Origin: Vicugna vicugna
Lineage: Eukaryota
Direction: 5' to 3'
Length of the DNA stretch: 64,000 nucleotides
Assembly: GCA_013265495.1 (NCBI GenBank)
Contig: MU057711.1
Span: 2,058,844 to 2,122,843, forward strand
Part shown: in pieces, positions 50,452 to 63,561 of the stretch
Layout of the letters: each line of letters starts with the position of its first letter
How positions within the stretch are numbered: position 1 is the stretch's first letter
Translations under genes and position numbers: made by a program
The notes under the pieces: model-generated
Databases searched by the model: none
What the model saw: the letters and a program-made list of their open reading frames with translations, nothing else
What the model was told of the DNA's origin: nothing

Positions 50452-53329
50452 CTAGGGACAAGAAAGAGCTTGCTTTACATCAAATGGGTGCTCTGTTTGC
50501 TTTTAAAATACGTTTACAAAAAGACAAGAGGAAAAGCAATCAGAAGATAACATGGTTAGTCTAAGAACATGTTTAAACTGTCTCAGCTTTCAGTACAGAT
50601 GTGACTGTCTACTGACTCGAGAGACCGGGACCCTCAACAGCAGGTGCCCTGTCAGATTTCAAAATCAAACATCACATTCTGTTTCAAAATTATAACATGT
50701 GACAGCGTGGTTTACTGTTTCCATATACACCCTTATTTCACAATTGGATAGCTTCATGCTAAGCTGAGATAGAGGGGGTCAGGGGGAGAGAGAGAGGAGA
50801 GATATGTGGCATGTATGTCAATGGGAATTCTTAGGGCTAAACAAATCTAGCCTTAAAAAAGAGACAGGATGCAACTACAACCATCACTGGCTACTGGAAG
50901 TTTTTCATTAAAAAAAAAAACTGAAAAAGAAGGTTTTCATTTGGGTCCAGTAATCAGGGTGTATGATTCGAGACGAGTGTGATTCACAGAAGAAACCAGG
51001 ACCTGGGATCAGCAGCCTCTAGATGGGGAGGCGGGGTGAGAAAAGAGTGAAGCAGGGGCTGCTGTTTCTCGTTATGAACTTTTCAGTGTTTATCTTTTAA
51101 CTCTGCATATGCAGTATTTTGGTAAAAGGCAGATAGATGGACAGACATGCGGCGCAGGGCTTCCTGGCTCTGTCATTGCAGCATGAGGTGTAACACACAT
51201 CCTCTAGGTGCCTCTGCACTCTTTGGTTCAGGTGTATGGGGCCTTAAACCGTGTTAAAACCCTTTCCAGGTCAGGTCAGGAGTGCTCTGGGTCCTCAATA
51301 TTACACAGAAAATGGATTCTAGACGCCTAGCATAGCTTTTACGTAACTTGATGGCTGTAGTCAGTGCACAGTCTTCTGATCTCCCCTAGGTTTATTTACT
51401 GAGAATGAGACCTAATAAAAGTTTAATTTGAGACAGGAGGCCCCTACCCTGTCTTGCCATATATCACGTGCTTCTGAACAAATTTTGGACCCAAGGGACA
51501 CCACAGAACTACAGTGGAGATTATGGTATTTGGCTAAATCTTAAACTGTGTTTATTAAGGTTACATTTAGGAAGAAGTATGAATAGATATTTGTCTTCAG
51601 GTGCTGAAGTTTCATTGTTTGACTATTTTTCATATTTGTCTCAGCACAGAAGCAGCTCCACACGCTTTTGAATAATGGCTGCATGCAAGGTATGAAGCAA
51701 ACTGTTGGCTACAAACCATTGTGAAAGAGAGCCCAGCTAAGACTAGTCTTACTAAAACAGACGCAGCTTATAGGAGGAAACAAAGTGTTCTTTTTACTTA
51801 TGATCTGAGTTCAATAATTAAATTCACAAATGAGAAATGAAACACTTACCTATTAATACTTTTCTGGACATGATGAAGAAGCTATCTTCTGAATTTGTAA
51901 CATGTTAAAAGTAGATTACACTTTTCTTGAAGTAATGCTGGGTTTTTCTGAAGTATTTCAGTATTCAACAAATTATTCAACCTACTTATTTTAGTGATAA
52001 TTTCCTAAATGACTGTGCATGAACATAACACTTAAGTAACCAGACATGATTCATCTTTTGCACAATCTGTCCAAATTATACAGTTCTCCATCCCCACCCC
52101 AGGAGACTGGGATTTGTAATTTTTGAAAGTATGCATTTTCTTTCACATTTTCGGAACTTATGTACCACATAAATGTGGTTTAGTCTTATTTCTTTAAAAT
52201 AAATTGGACATTTTTCTATGCTTAGAGAAACTGCTATTTCATACTCTTGGGTACTGAGCAAGGGCTGGCCAGATGGGTGTGGGTGGCTACAAAGAGGCAA
52301 AGCAAATGGACTGGTCAGAATAAAAGGTATTCTGGCATCCCCAAGATGATGGGGAGCAAGTGTTCTTCCCTATTGTTTTTTCAGACCCAATATGATGGCT
52401 GGAGTATTGAACATCAACCCTACGCTGACTTCTCTGCAAGCTCCAGAAGCTATAAGCAGCATATAAATCCAGCTACTAGTGCTCCACAAGGTCTCTGCCC
52501 ACAGGAAAGATCTCCTGACTCAGCAATGAACATCCTACACTGCTAAGAACACTAGAGCCGGGATGGACAGTCCAGGGTCTGTTGGAGAAGTGTGCCTGGC
52601 TGCTGCTTACCTGGACAAAACAAGGAAGCAAAGTTGGCCTGACATCTTGCAGAGGGCCTGGCACACAGGAGGAACTCAATATGTCTGGACTGAACAGAAC
52701 AGTACCAAGAGCTTCTGCAAATACGAGAGGACTGGTACACCCATGCTTGTCTGGCTATAACTCCAGGTAAGCTGCTAAAGGCCCTACTCAAGGCAGCCCC
52801 CTCCTCCCTCGAAGTAGCAGCTCTGACCAGGAGGGAGAAGCTGAGGGTGGTCTAGGACACGTGCATCCGCCAAAGTCTGGGTATTTCAGGGAGGGGGAAA
52901 AGAGTTCATTTCTGTGAATTCTCGTTGTATGTTCAAGATCTCATACAGAAGGCAGAGTTGGCAAGGAAGGTGTAAGAGAATGAAGGGGATAATGAACATG
53001 GAGTCTCATTATCACCAAGGGCAGAAAAAATGATGGTGGGACCTGGTCAAACGTTCCACATAAGAAACCTGAATTGGTTACATAATATTTTGGATGCGAT
53101 ATTTTGGATCCTTAAGTCAGAAGCAATGAAGACAATTTAAGTTTCAACTGTCTACAATATACCAAAGAGAACTCTGTGATAACATTTCAAGTCATCTTTT
53201 CTTAACTGGATCCAGTTTAGTTACTGACAAATGTGAACCTTCAGAATGTACTCACATACAAAGGAAAAATATTACATTTTAAAAGCAGGATCTATTTTAG
53301 ATGATGGTTCTAGATTGAGCTAAACTTAC

Positions 53330-53529
53330 TTTTGATAGACTCATGAAGCATAATTACAGTGCAGGAAGAAAGTTTTACGTTGGACTGTTCGACAAGAATA
53401 CAAAATGGGGACCCATCGTCTTTAACTTCCTGGAGTGCTCGAGTGAGGCTCGACTCAGAGGCAAGGTGAATCATTTCCACCACAAGGCCATGATCCTGCA
53501 ACCGATGACCTATAGCTATTGCATATTCC
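53330..53529 (-). CDS. NCOA5-like coding exon (anticodon-binding-like domain core)
   Basis: tttttttcag acceptor, gtaagt donor, 200 nt, phase 2-1; EYAIAIGHRLQDHGLVVEMIHL...LTRALQEVKDDGSPFCILV...SSCTV resembles NCOA5 DYAESVGRKVRDLGMVVDLIFL...LSQALEDVSRGGSPFAIVI...RSCTV (recalled). Confidence 0.92.
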
Positions 53530-54229
53530 CTGAAAAAAAACACACACACACACACAAACAAGAAAAAGGTGGGTTACTTTTCATCAAACAAACGGGGCAA
53601 AAAAAAAAATCTATGTCACCAAGCAGTTGTTCCGCAGATACTTTGATGCGCCCAAACTTAGGTAAGTGAGGTCCAAGACACTATACTTTTACTGTATTTA
53701 GATAAGTGAGGTGGGAGATGCCATATTTTTCCAAAAGTCATGCATGTGCTACAACTTATTGTCATTCCTAGACACACCGAACACATTCAAAGGTGTGTTA
53801 TCCATCTGATGGAATCAGTTAAGAGAACTGGAGGCAATTCTGACTAAAAGGAAGCTTACTTTTGTGAAAACATAGAGTCCTTTTATGGTTTATTATGTAC
53901 ATAACTTAATAAAGAAAGGAGAGTATGTCAAAGCTGTGTTTCTGTGTGACATGACACACTGGGTAAGCACCATGAATATGGCCAGCATTTTTCCAAATGG
54001 AATCATTCAAGTGTTATTTGATGAAGTCATTTCAATTTAAAGACTAGCAAAGAAAAATTTTAATTGTTTTAAAGAACAAATGAGACTATTATCTTCAGAA
54101 AAATGAGACAATGCTCATTTACAGTTAGTTCCTGGGATATACCAATACTTGTTGAGGTTACTACCGCTGAGACAATTCCTTGCTAAAGAGTAAATGGATG
54201 ATACTGGAGTTAACCATCTCAGTCAGCAT

Positions 54230-55000
54230 CAACCATCCCATAACTTAACCTTTGATCAAAACCCAGAGTCATCTCATCACCTACTTCCTTAGCCTTGGTC
54301 CTCAAGTCTTGAAGAATCTGCCCTAGACCACTCCTTTGGGTTAATGCTTTCATTCCTGCCCAACACTTGCTTAGAAAGCTACAAAGCCCTCCTAACATAG
54401 CTTTTAGCCTTGATTTTCTTTTCTCGCCCCAATCATTCTACATGTCAGTCTGAGTAATCCTGTTAAAAGTACTGCGTTCAAAACGGCCCTAGTAACTGTT
54501 CAGCATCCTAAATTTCTTAACCTAGTGTTCAAAGTCCTGGCAAGACATGGCTCAAACCTATCTTAATAGGTTTTGTAACCCACAGAGCTTCCAACATTCT
54601 GTTTCTCTCCCCAAGTTTAATTTCTTGTGATCTTAGGACAATCAACTCTCCCCACAGTGTTTCCAGCTGTGCCTTCCTTGCCATTCTGTTGGCTAGACTC
54701 TTAGCATCCTCACCTCAAAGGCCCAGCTCAAATGATATTATTCCCTAAAGCCTCCTTGATTCATCTTGTTGGAACCCACAACGGTAACCCACTCTTCCTT
54801 GAATGCACACTCTGCTCAGAACAACTCTTGGCATGTTCCATCTTCCAGTTGTTATTTATGCTCGTTTTATTTTATTAGACTGCACGTGATACAAACGGGA
54901 ATTGTTAATTATCTTTATGTTTCTCACTGTGCCCAGCACAGAGCTTTACACATTAACAGTGCACAAAATTTATATTTTGTGAATGAAAAATTAATATGAT
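54230..55000 (+). mobile_element. L2 fragment
   Basis: ggcccagctcaaatgat...gtgcccagcacagagct...gtgcacaaaatttatattttgtgaatgaa. Confidence 0.55.
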
Positions 55001-56906
55001 GGCAGGAAAAATGCTTTTCTGGCAATTTAGGAGAGAATGGATGATTTCAGAAAATAAATTCCAAGAGGAAACAAGAAAAATATGAAATGGTTCATATTTA
55101 CAGAGTGACAGCCCATGAGTCAAAATTATCACAAAAATGACTCACACTAGATGATGTGACTTGAAAATTAATTACTGTTTTGGACTATAAAGGAATGAAT
55201 TAGCCAACTAACTTATCACTACAAATCTTCCCGACACTGAAGTGACAAGAGAGCCGGCAGCATGGCCTAGTTTACAGATTCCCTGGCAGACAACAGACCC
55301 ACAAGGCAGAGGACCTAAAGGATAAAGGCCACCAGGATCCTAATCCCTGGCTAAATGCCAGACCTGCAGAACGCCAAGCAGGGGAGTGACCACCACTCCA
55401 GACGGAGAGGGGAACAGAGCAACCTCCAGTACTCCTCTCCCACAGAACTCTGCACTCAAATTAATACCAGTCAGCCTGGCTCCAGAGATGGGAAGGTGGC
55501 AAGAATATCACTATTAAGGTAAGTTGAATGGCAGCTGGAGTCACTCACAATTCTAAAAGAAGCGCAGGCTGCTACAAGTTGGGTGGGATTCTTGCTACAA
55601 GTTTTGAGAAAGCTAATATAATCAAAAACTAATGTCATTTCCCTGACTGATGCAGAGTATGGTGGCAAAGCTGCCAACTGTTGAGGGAAAACAAAGCTAC
55701 TACGCATGCAGAGTCTTTACTGCCTCTGGGTTCAAAATCAGTTTAAATTACATGATCAAATTAATCCAGAGCACACCTGGTTGTCTTTCAATTATTAAAC
55801 AGAAATTCTATAATTTTCTAATGTAAAAGGAACTGGCCTCTCCTACCCTCCCCACGCTATGACTGACCTCATTTCTTCTAGTATGCTGTCTCCCAAGGTC
55901 CAACCCAAATAACCCTCCAAACGAGATGGAGCTCTAATTTTGCTTTCACAAACTCAGACTAAAGATGCCATCTACAAATAAAGTAGATTTCTATAAAGGA
56001 GTTATCATAGAATAAAAATTCTGGGTCACTTTAAAATTGCAGATTTTCACATTAAAAAAGTGAGGAAACCAATGCTGCCTTAATGCTGGGCTACGTTTTG
56101 TGTATGCCTGGCCTCCTGTTCAGGAATCACTAGTTCTCATCACGTCTGGGTCTTCAGTATCACTCACGCAGGACCTAGCCTGGAGTAACCATGGATGCCT
56201 GCAGCCGACCATTTGTCTATGTGCCAGGCTCCCTGCCAAGCATGACAAAACCTGACATAATCCAGACACAGTTATCGTCATATGTGAAGTCCCTGTCTGC
56301 CCTCAAGGGCCAGGCAGTGGTGAGATCAGGGCACTACATAGGCCTGAAGTATGAGCTGGACACAGACTGGGCTGCAACTGTGCTTTAAGAGGCCTGAATG
56401 AGTGAGGTGCAGAACAGGGAACAGGCATCCCATGTAGAAGCAAAAACAGCACAAAGACTGAGAGGAATTCAACCGGCAGTTAAGAAATGAGAGAACCCTT
56501 CTCTGAAAGATCAGTGAGAGCAACTTTTTGGCACATGGTCAGTGCCTCAGGGCAGGGGTTTGCCCATCATGTTCACTCAAGTATCCCCAAAGCCTAGCTC
56601 AGTGCCTGGCACATGGAAGCCAGTCCTGAAAATAGCTTTTTTTTTTTTTCCTGATTATAAAAGTAATAGGTACTCACTGTAGAAGACTCGGGTAATACAG
56701 AAAACTGAATATGACAGTAATCTTTAGAAATCGCCCCGCCCACAAGATGCCTCTACCACCAGTTTGGTAAATCCAACAGCATAATGCTTGTAATTCTTAA
56801 AGCAGTGTTCCAGCAGAGCATTTCTCAGCAATGCATATAAAGCGGAATACTTAGTCATTTGGCTTTACACAACCTCATTTGACACGCTAAAAAGAAAAGA
56901 GTCTAC

Positions 56907-57033
56907 CTCTGTTCTTTGTCGATAGAAACAATAACGCAATCGGAAGGCCTCTCTCGGTCACGCTCTTTCTGAACCACTTGATAAAAGTGCTGGAAAAGCC
57001 CCTCTTTCCGAGCGTCCCTGCCGCTGGCATCAT
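56907..57033 (-). CDS. NCOA5-like coding exon (not shown in this frame in the ORF track)
   Basis: tattttccag acceptor, gtagac donor, 127 nt, phase 1-2; DASGRDARKEGLFQHFYQVVQKERDRERPSDCVIVSIDKEQ resembles NCOA5 RREELYRQYFEEIQRRFDAERPVDCSVIVVNKQT (recalled). Confidence 0.88.
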
Positions 57034-58499
57034 CTGGAAAATATTGATGTATTCATGCTTTTTGCGAGGCCAAAAGTAATGCACTGGTGAGCAAAAACTC
57101 ACCAGAAGAAAAAACTCACCCAAGAAAGGTTTTCAGGGTGTCTTACAAAAGTGTAAATCAAAGACAACACAGCTACAAAGAACAGACAAGGAAAATATAA
57201 GGACACTTTCAACAAGATTCTTACCCAGCTGAGAGTACTGGCATCGCGCGTGGCTCTCTTCATTCCCTTTTGTATAATCAGCCACCCTTCGCCATAATTC
57301 TTCAATGCTGTTGGATGCATGAAAATATAACAGTTTGTGCAAATACAGTCTCCCTCTAAACGGGTCCCCAAAAGCCCAAAAATAAATGCCAGATCACCAA
57401 GCACAACATATAGGCACCTAAATAAAGACTAAAACGAAGCTCAATGATCTGTTCTCGTTTCACAATATTTTTAGTTTCTGGAATTTTCTGCTCTTTCCCA
57501 TTCAGTTCCTTTTGTCTGTTATAATGAAAAGTACTACATGGAGCCATTGATCTTTGTCAAGTAAGATTCAGATATAGACAGAGAGTGAGATTCATACTTT
57601 CAGGTGTTTATTCTAAAGGACATGAGAGAATTTCATCTGAAGTGTTCATCTTTTAAACAAGAGGTGCTTATCTCTGAAGGTTTTCACTGGATATGGGTGA
57701 AAAGACGAATCAACAAGATCTGCCCACTTTACTCCTAAACACTCTACAGCTCCCGTGAGCAAGCGATTTCCCCCTGCTAAAGGTGTGCAGAATAGTGCAC
57801 AGATGCTGGGTGATCTATCAGCCATCTAAAGTGGTTCCCCTGCTGTGATTTAACAGGAAAGGGGGCATTCAATGCACTATGGACCCTAAATCAGGCATTT
57901 TTACTGCAGCTCCCCAGCATCCAGACACCGATGTTTCTGTCCACAAGGAATGACCTGCCAGAGAGAGAATCCCCTCGGCAGGCAGCAATTAGCTCGTTTC
58001 TCACCAGAGGCATCACACTGCCTGGCAAAGCAGCCGTGGAGCACCTCAAACCATGACTACTCAGCAAGCTGCCAACAAGCGTCGATTCCCTTTGCTCTTT
58101 CCCTGTGCGATGCTCATTCGGGTTCTTGTCCACGTCCAACCGCCTGACAGAGCAGTCGCAGCTCCAGACTTTAAGACGCAAAGCTTTTGCCTAAGTCCAT
58201 GCCTCCCCTACTGCCCTGAGAATCCTGAGCTACACAAGAATGCTCCCCTCCCGCAAGCAGGCTTTATCTTTGTCTGCTGTCTCTGACAAATGCTGGCCGT
58301 TGACTCCAGAGGCCATTCTTCAGACTGCCTGCTTTCTCTAACCCTGCTACACTATGCTCTTACAGGCTTCCCCTCAAACTTCATACAGTTACTTTCTTTT
58401 AATGAAGGGGTATTGTAAACTCCTCACCACTACCCTAAATAATAAGGGGGGGCTTACTGGGAGGTGCCCTAGAAGCTGGTACCTGTTCATCCAGGAAAG

Positions 58500-58725
58500 G
58501 CAGTATGTTGAAACTGCAGCTACCTGAGTTTGAATCTCAACTCCATCACTTACTTACCAGCTTGAACAAGTTACTTAACACCATTATGCCTTAGTCTCCT
58601 CACCTGTAAAATGGGGCTATTAGGAGAATCTGCCTCTAAACATTGCTATGAGGATTAAACGAGTTAATACAGGTAAATCCTATAGAATGGTGCCGGCCAC
58701 AGAGAGGCCCTCAATAGATATAAGT
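58500..58725 (+). mobile_element. MIR SINE
   Basis: acaagttacttaac...ctcctcacctgtaaaatgggg...tgaggattaaacgagttaata. Confidence 0.75.
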
Positions 58726-59428
58726 CCTTATTATCTACCTCTGCCTTTAGGTTTCTTTCAGGCCCAGGGCAAAGAAAATCTCTCCTTCAGAATATCGCCA
58801 AAGAGTTCTAAGTCTCATTTTCAGGAAATGCTACCTGAGAGAAGCTAGCCTCCGTTAATAGTCACTCCTGAATTCTATACTTTCAAGTGCTTCTGCAGTT
58901 GAGGAAAGCACTTTTCAATTTTGAATTATTAATCTAATCTGACACAAATCTCATCTTTAATGCAGGCAAGAGAGAGGCCCTGTCAAGGTTCATACATACA
59001 AAAATCAATTTAAATACAGTTCAAGGAACTTGCTTTTACCAAAACTACAGAGGTCGATCCAAGGCAAGAATCTTGAACTGCCATGTTGATTTACCTATTT
59101 AGTTTCTTAGAAGAACTCCACTGCTGAATGTAGAAGACAGAGTAAACTAAATAAGATAACCTTCAAAACTGGTTTACTTACTTGGGGATACCACACAGTG
59201 GTCAAACACAATGAGGATGAATAATCCTCTGCGACGTACTGTTAAGTGAAAGAAACAAGTTCCAGAAAAACATACCAGTGTGAAATGAACCATTTAAGTT
59301 ACAAGCAAGGAAAAAAACATTGGGAGAGTTCTGAAAAGGGATTTTCACTTTTTATTATCAGACACTTTCATAACTATTTTTCCATTTCTTGGGTTAAAAA
59401 ATAATTTTAAAGTAACTTTAATTTATAC

Positions 59429-59687
59429 CTGGTCTGGAATATTGACCTGTCTCATAATAAAATAAATTCGCATTTTTTGAGCACATACCAATGGTTAGAT
59501 GGCAGTAGAGAAAAGGTGTGTAGGCGTGGAAGAAGGGAGTTTCAGAAGGGAGTCCGGGGCCTGCTACAGATAACCCACCAGGTGGGTTACCCACCTTAGA
59601 GCTGACTGACAAATCCACAAAGAGAAGGCCTGAGTGGCTGAGTCCCTTCAGGCTGCAGGTCTGTTTTAGTTCCTAGAGTCCAAATGT
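59429..59687 (-). CDS. NCOA5-like upstream exon (coding at least from ATG 59486; 5' part has stops in all frames)
   Basis: Strong acceptor ttttcacctttgcatag, gtataa donor in phase 1; the 3' frame MCSKNANLFYYETGQYSRP joins the next exon in frame. Confidence 0.55.
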
Positions 59688-59868
59688 CTATGCAAAGGTG
59701 AAAATTAAAGTGGAATGGCTTAATATGATCAAGTTGGCCTGTGGGACTTCCCAAAAAGCAAATATTAATAACATCAATTTTAACAAACACGTAAGTCTGC
59801 ACAGTAAGACCACATCTAAATTATTACTAAAGCTTTTAGCAAATTGAGCCACAACAATAAAATTTTAC

Positions 59869-59949
59869 CTTAGCATGTCTTCACCCTCCTTTAAGTAGCC
59901 CTCTTGGGGAGAATAAGAAGTCGGCAGAAAAGGTTTATATGGCTTACTG
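59869..59949 (-). CDS. NCOA5-like candidate upstream exon
   Basis: tttgttgttttttag acceptor (NAGNAG), gtaaaa donor, 81 nt; the only open frame is SKPYKPFLPTSYSPQEGYLKEGEDML (phase 2-2). Confidence 0.45.
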
Positions 59950-61262
59950 CTAAAAAACAACAAAGATAAAATTACACTTAAGAAGAAATTATTTCCCATA
60001 GTCCTCACATCGGTTTCTGCAGCTCTGGTGCACTCAAAGGTGATTAAGTCTTCAGTTCAACCGGGTTTTAAAAACTCAAACAATGGCTTTTCTCAAGACT
60101 TTTTTTTTCAGAACCCCTACTTTATTTTGCAATGCCTATTTCTATTTTTGCCTAGTTTGCTTGCTCAAATGCTTTTGCCGAGTTGACAATTGAAGGCACA
60201 GCTCTGTCACAGAAGACCATTATAAACTCACTGACAGCAAGGAGCTTCAACATAATAAACCTGATTTGCCCAACTGAGCCAAACTCACTAAAAGTTTGCA
60301 TGCAATGCTGATGGTTTGGTAACTATGAAAGATAATAATAACAATAAATCACTATTTTTTAAAGCTTTTCTTTCCCAGATGCTCCACCAATATTACCATA
60401 AATTCTCGTGGATCATCTGCAACTTTTAATGTATCTGACACTAACTCCACAATGGAGCTTATAAAAGAAAATTCCTAAATGAATCATGTGCATAATTCTA
60501 AGTATTAAATCCTCAATTAAGGTCACTGTTATAAATATCTACATGCCAAATGCGTTTTGACAGAGACACCATCTTCCTCATTCAGAAGTTGTGTGGTTAA
60601 TTAATAACATAAATCAAAATCGAAGACAAAAATAAAGGGCAAAACCTAAGAAGCAAATGCCTGCTCCAAGTTGTTAGCTGGAAGAGACAAGGGGCTAAAC
60701 AAGATTAACTATTATAAATTTGGACTGAGAGGGTTAAAGAGTTATTAGAAAGATTTCCATTTCCAAAAAGGATAAGGAGCACAGATGCTCCACTCCACCC
60801 TCTTCTCGATGATCCTAGCCAAGTTTGAAGGCCATGAGAAGGAATAAGCAGATGGTTCAATGTGAGTAAGTCAAAAGGAAGTTGCATTTGCCTTATTCGG
60901 CTTCCTAGCAACTAGACTGAATGATGCCAAGAAAGCCAGCCGGCTCTAAGGAGAAACACTGCAGGATACTTGGAACCCAGTGGTCAGGCAGGGGAGAAAA
61001 GGCCTCCAGACACCCCCACCTGGCAAAATGAATCCTACCAACTCCCGCACTTCCCACCTCACCAGATCCTCCCATTTGCCTCGAAGTTCCCTCTCCAGCC
61101 CACCTAGCCATGCTAATGTCAACCACCTGACAACTTAAAACTCCTTTCAGGACCACCTTTCAAACTCCAGTAACATCATCAGATGAGCAGTTTGGCCCAG
61201 CCATCAAAGAGTAACTCCCCACTTCTCCATGGGAGGGAAGGCCCCATGCACTCTTAATGTAC

Positions 61263-61381
61263 CTCGGCCAGCTGGACAAAGGATTCTGCAGGCCAAAAGG
61301 CCCACGCTCAAACACTGCAGCCCAAGCTCTGGGAAAGGCAGGTGCAAACATCGGGTAGGATCCCAGAGGCCTGAGAAACAT
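61263..61381 (-). CDS. candidate first coding segment of the NCOA5-like gene
   Basis: ATG 61381, MFLRPLGSYPMFAPAFPRAWAAVFERGPFGLQNPLSSWP, donor gag|gtacat in phase 2, compatible with the 81-nt exon; no homology support. Confidence 0.25.
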
Positions 61382-62452
61382 TCTTCCTGGAGAGTGGATT
61401 TACACTCAGGCAGGAGTTTCCTTTGTAGAAGTACATAAATATGCACATGAAATACATCCCCATTACAACGCAAAAGGTCAAAGGCTTGGCCATTATTAAA
61501 AGTTGCAAGGTTACCCTGAGTTCTGGCAGTGCCACGGTATTCTGCCATATTCCCTGTGGCTTCCCTCTACCCAGTGGCACCTGCTAAACTTCAGTTCTCT
61601 CCTCACTTTGTGAGTGGCAGATTAACCATTGTCAGGTAGAAAATGGAACTTATAATTATAAACACAAGCAGGGAAATGAACAGTTTCCCATATGTTCACT
61701 GAAGATGTTTTCAACGCATTATATTTAAACCTTATAACAACCATACACGCTGGGTAATATCAACCTCCCTGCACACACTTTTTAAAAACAAATGAGGAAA
61801 CTGAGGCTCATATGACTTGCTACACTGCTAAGCTGTGAAGACCAAATTCAAATCCAGCTGTGTCTGATTTGAAAAATATGCTCCTTTTAATGCGTCACAG
61901 TCTGGAAACTCTGAGGTTAACCCAGGAAGTCTGCAAGTGAAAAATTTAGCAAAAGCAATGAAAGAAGGATAAGTAAAAGGGGTAAGTAAAGATATTAAGT
62001 CATCTTATATTTTTATGGAAAGTAAATTCCCATAGGTTAAAAAAAAACTTCTCCTTTGAGAACATAGGGAGGGATGGCTCCAGGCCCACGCCCCTCCTGG
62101 CTGTGTTGCAGCAGGCGAAGAGCCTCCCACCACACATCAGGGTGACCACCTAAGAGCAACTCAAAATTCAAACCTCAAGACTGATACGGAGGAACCGGAA
62201 CTCTCATGTGCTGCTGGTGGGAATGTAAGACGGTATAATCTCTTCACAGAACAATTTGGTAGCTCCTTAAAAAGTAAAACATACATAACCTGACCAGTCC
62301 ATTCCTAGACTTTTACCCAAAATAAAGGCACATGTCTACACAAAGACTTGTACATGAAAGTTCACAGCAGCTTTATTTGTAATAGCCAAAAACCGGAAAT
62401 ATCCACCAAATGTCCATGTGAATGAAAAAACAAATTGTAGTGTATCCACACG

Positions 62453-62830
62453 CCTTGGCCTCGGGCTGCCATAACAAAATACCACAGGCTGGGTAAAATA
62501 ACAGAAATTTATCTTATCAGAGTTCCAGAAGCTGGGAGTCCAGGATCAGGGTGAAGGCACGGTTGAGCTCTGGTGAGGGCTCTCTTCCTGGCTTCCAGAT
62601 GGCCACCTTCTTGCTATGTCCTTACAGGGCCTTTCTTCAGTGTATCCACATGGAGAGAGAGATCTCTCGCTTCCTCTTCTTAGAAGGCTACCAGTCCTAC
62701 TGGATTAGAACCCCACCCTTTTGACCTCATTTAACCTTAGCTCCTAAAAGCCCTATCTCCAAATATAGTTACATTGGGGGTGAAGGCTTCAATATGTGAA
62801 TTATAGGGGAACACAATTCAGGCCATAGCA
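62453..62830 (-). mobile_element. MaLR LTR (MLT1A-like)
   Basis: gggctgccataacaaaataccacaggctggg...tggtgagggctctcttcctggctt...acacaattcaggccatagca. Confidence 0.8.
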
Positions 62831-62948
62831 CCATAAAATGGAATACTACTCAGCAATAAAGAAAAGTACTAATTCACCCAACGCAGTTGAATCTCAAAGT
62901 AATCATGCTGAACGAAATCAGAAACATCGCCTCCAAAAAAAGAATATA

Positions 62949-63561
62949 CAGTAGTGTCCCCCTATCCACAGGGGATACATTCCAAGATCCCCAGTGGATG
63001 CCTGAAACTTCAGATAGCACTAAACCCTACATACACCATGTTTTTCCATAAGTACATATCAATAATAAAGTTTAATTTATAAATTAGACACAGTAAGACA
63101 TTAACAGTAATAAAATAGAGTAATTAAAATACATGGTAATAAAAACTGTATGAACATGGTCACTTTCTTTTTTCAAAATATCTTATGTTGTATTCACCCT
63201 TCCTCTTGTGATGAAGTGACATGATAAAATGTCTACGTGATGAGGTGGGGTGACGTGAATGACGTAGCACTGTGATGTAACATTAGGCTACTCTCGGCCT
63301 TCTGATGATAATGTAAAAAGGAGGGTAATCTGCTTCCGGTGATCCTGGATCATGGAGGCATGAGATGTTGATGGCTGGGGATCCCAGGCAGGACAGAGTG
63401 AGATGGCAAGAGATTTCATCACACTACTCAGGATGGTGCATAATTTAAAGCTTATGAATTGTTTATTTCTGGAATATTCCAAAAATATGTCCATTTAATA
63501 TTTTTGGACCAGGGTTGACTGAAGCCATGGAAAACAAAGCCACAGAAAAGAGGGACTCCCG
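62949..63561 (-). mobile_element. MER44/Tigger7-family DNA transposon
   Basis: TA-flanked; cagtagtgtccccctatccacagggga...tccaagatccccagtggatgcctgaaac...tttatttctggaat...gggactcccg. Confidence 0.75.

Noticed and set aside
49961..50461. 166-aa ORF as a stand-alone gene or processed NCOA5 pseudogene
   Set aside because: Similarity stops at splice sites 50451/50176 and continues in separate exons; the ORF tail is intron and SINE read-through
56887..57123. 78-aa ORF from the track
   Set aside because: Wrong frame; the homologous, phase-compatible exon is in another frame at 57033-56907
61204..61548. 114-aa ORF MAEYRG... as first exon
   Set aside because: Its frame is incompatible with the donor at 61262 plus the 81-nt exon and it has no recognisable homology; it cannot be excluded as a frameshifted relic
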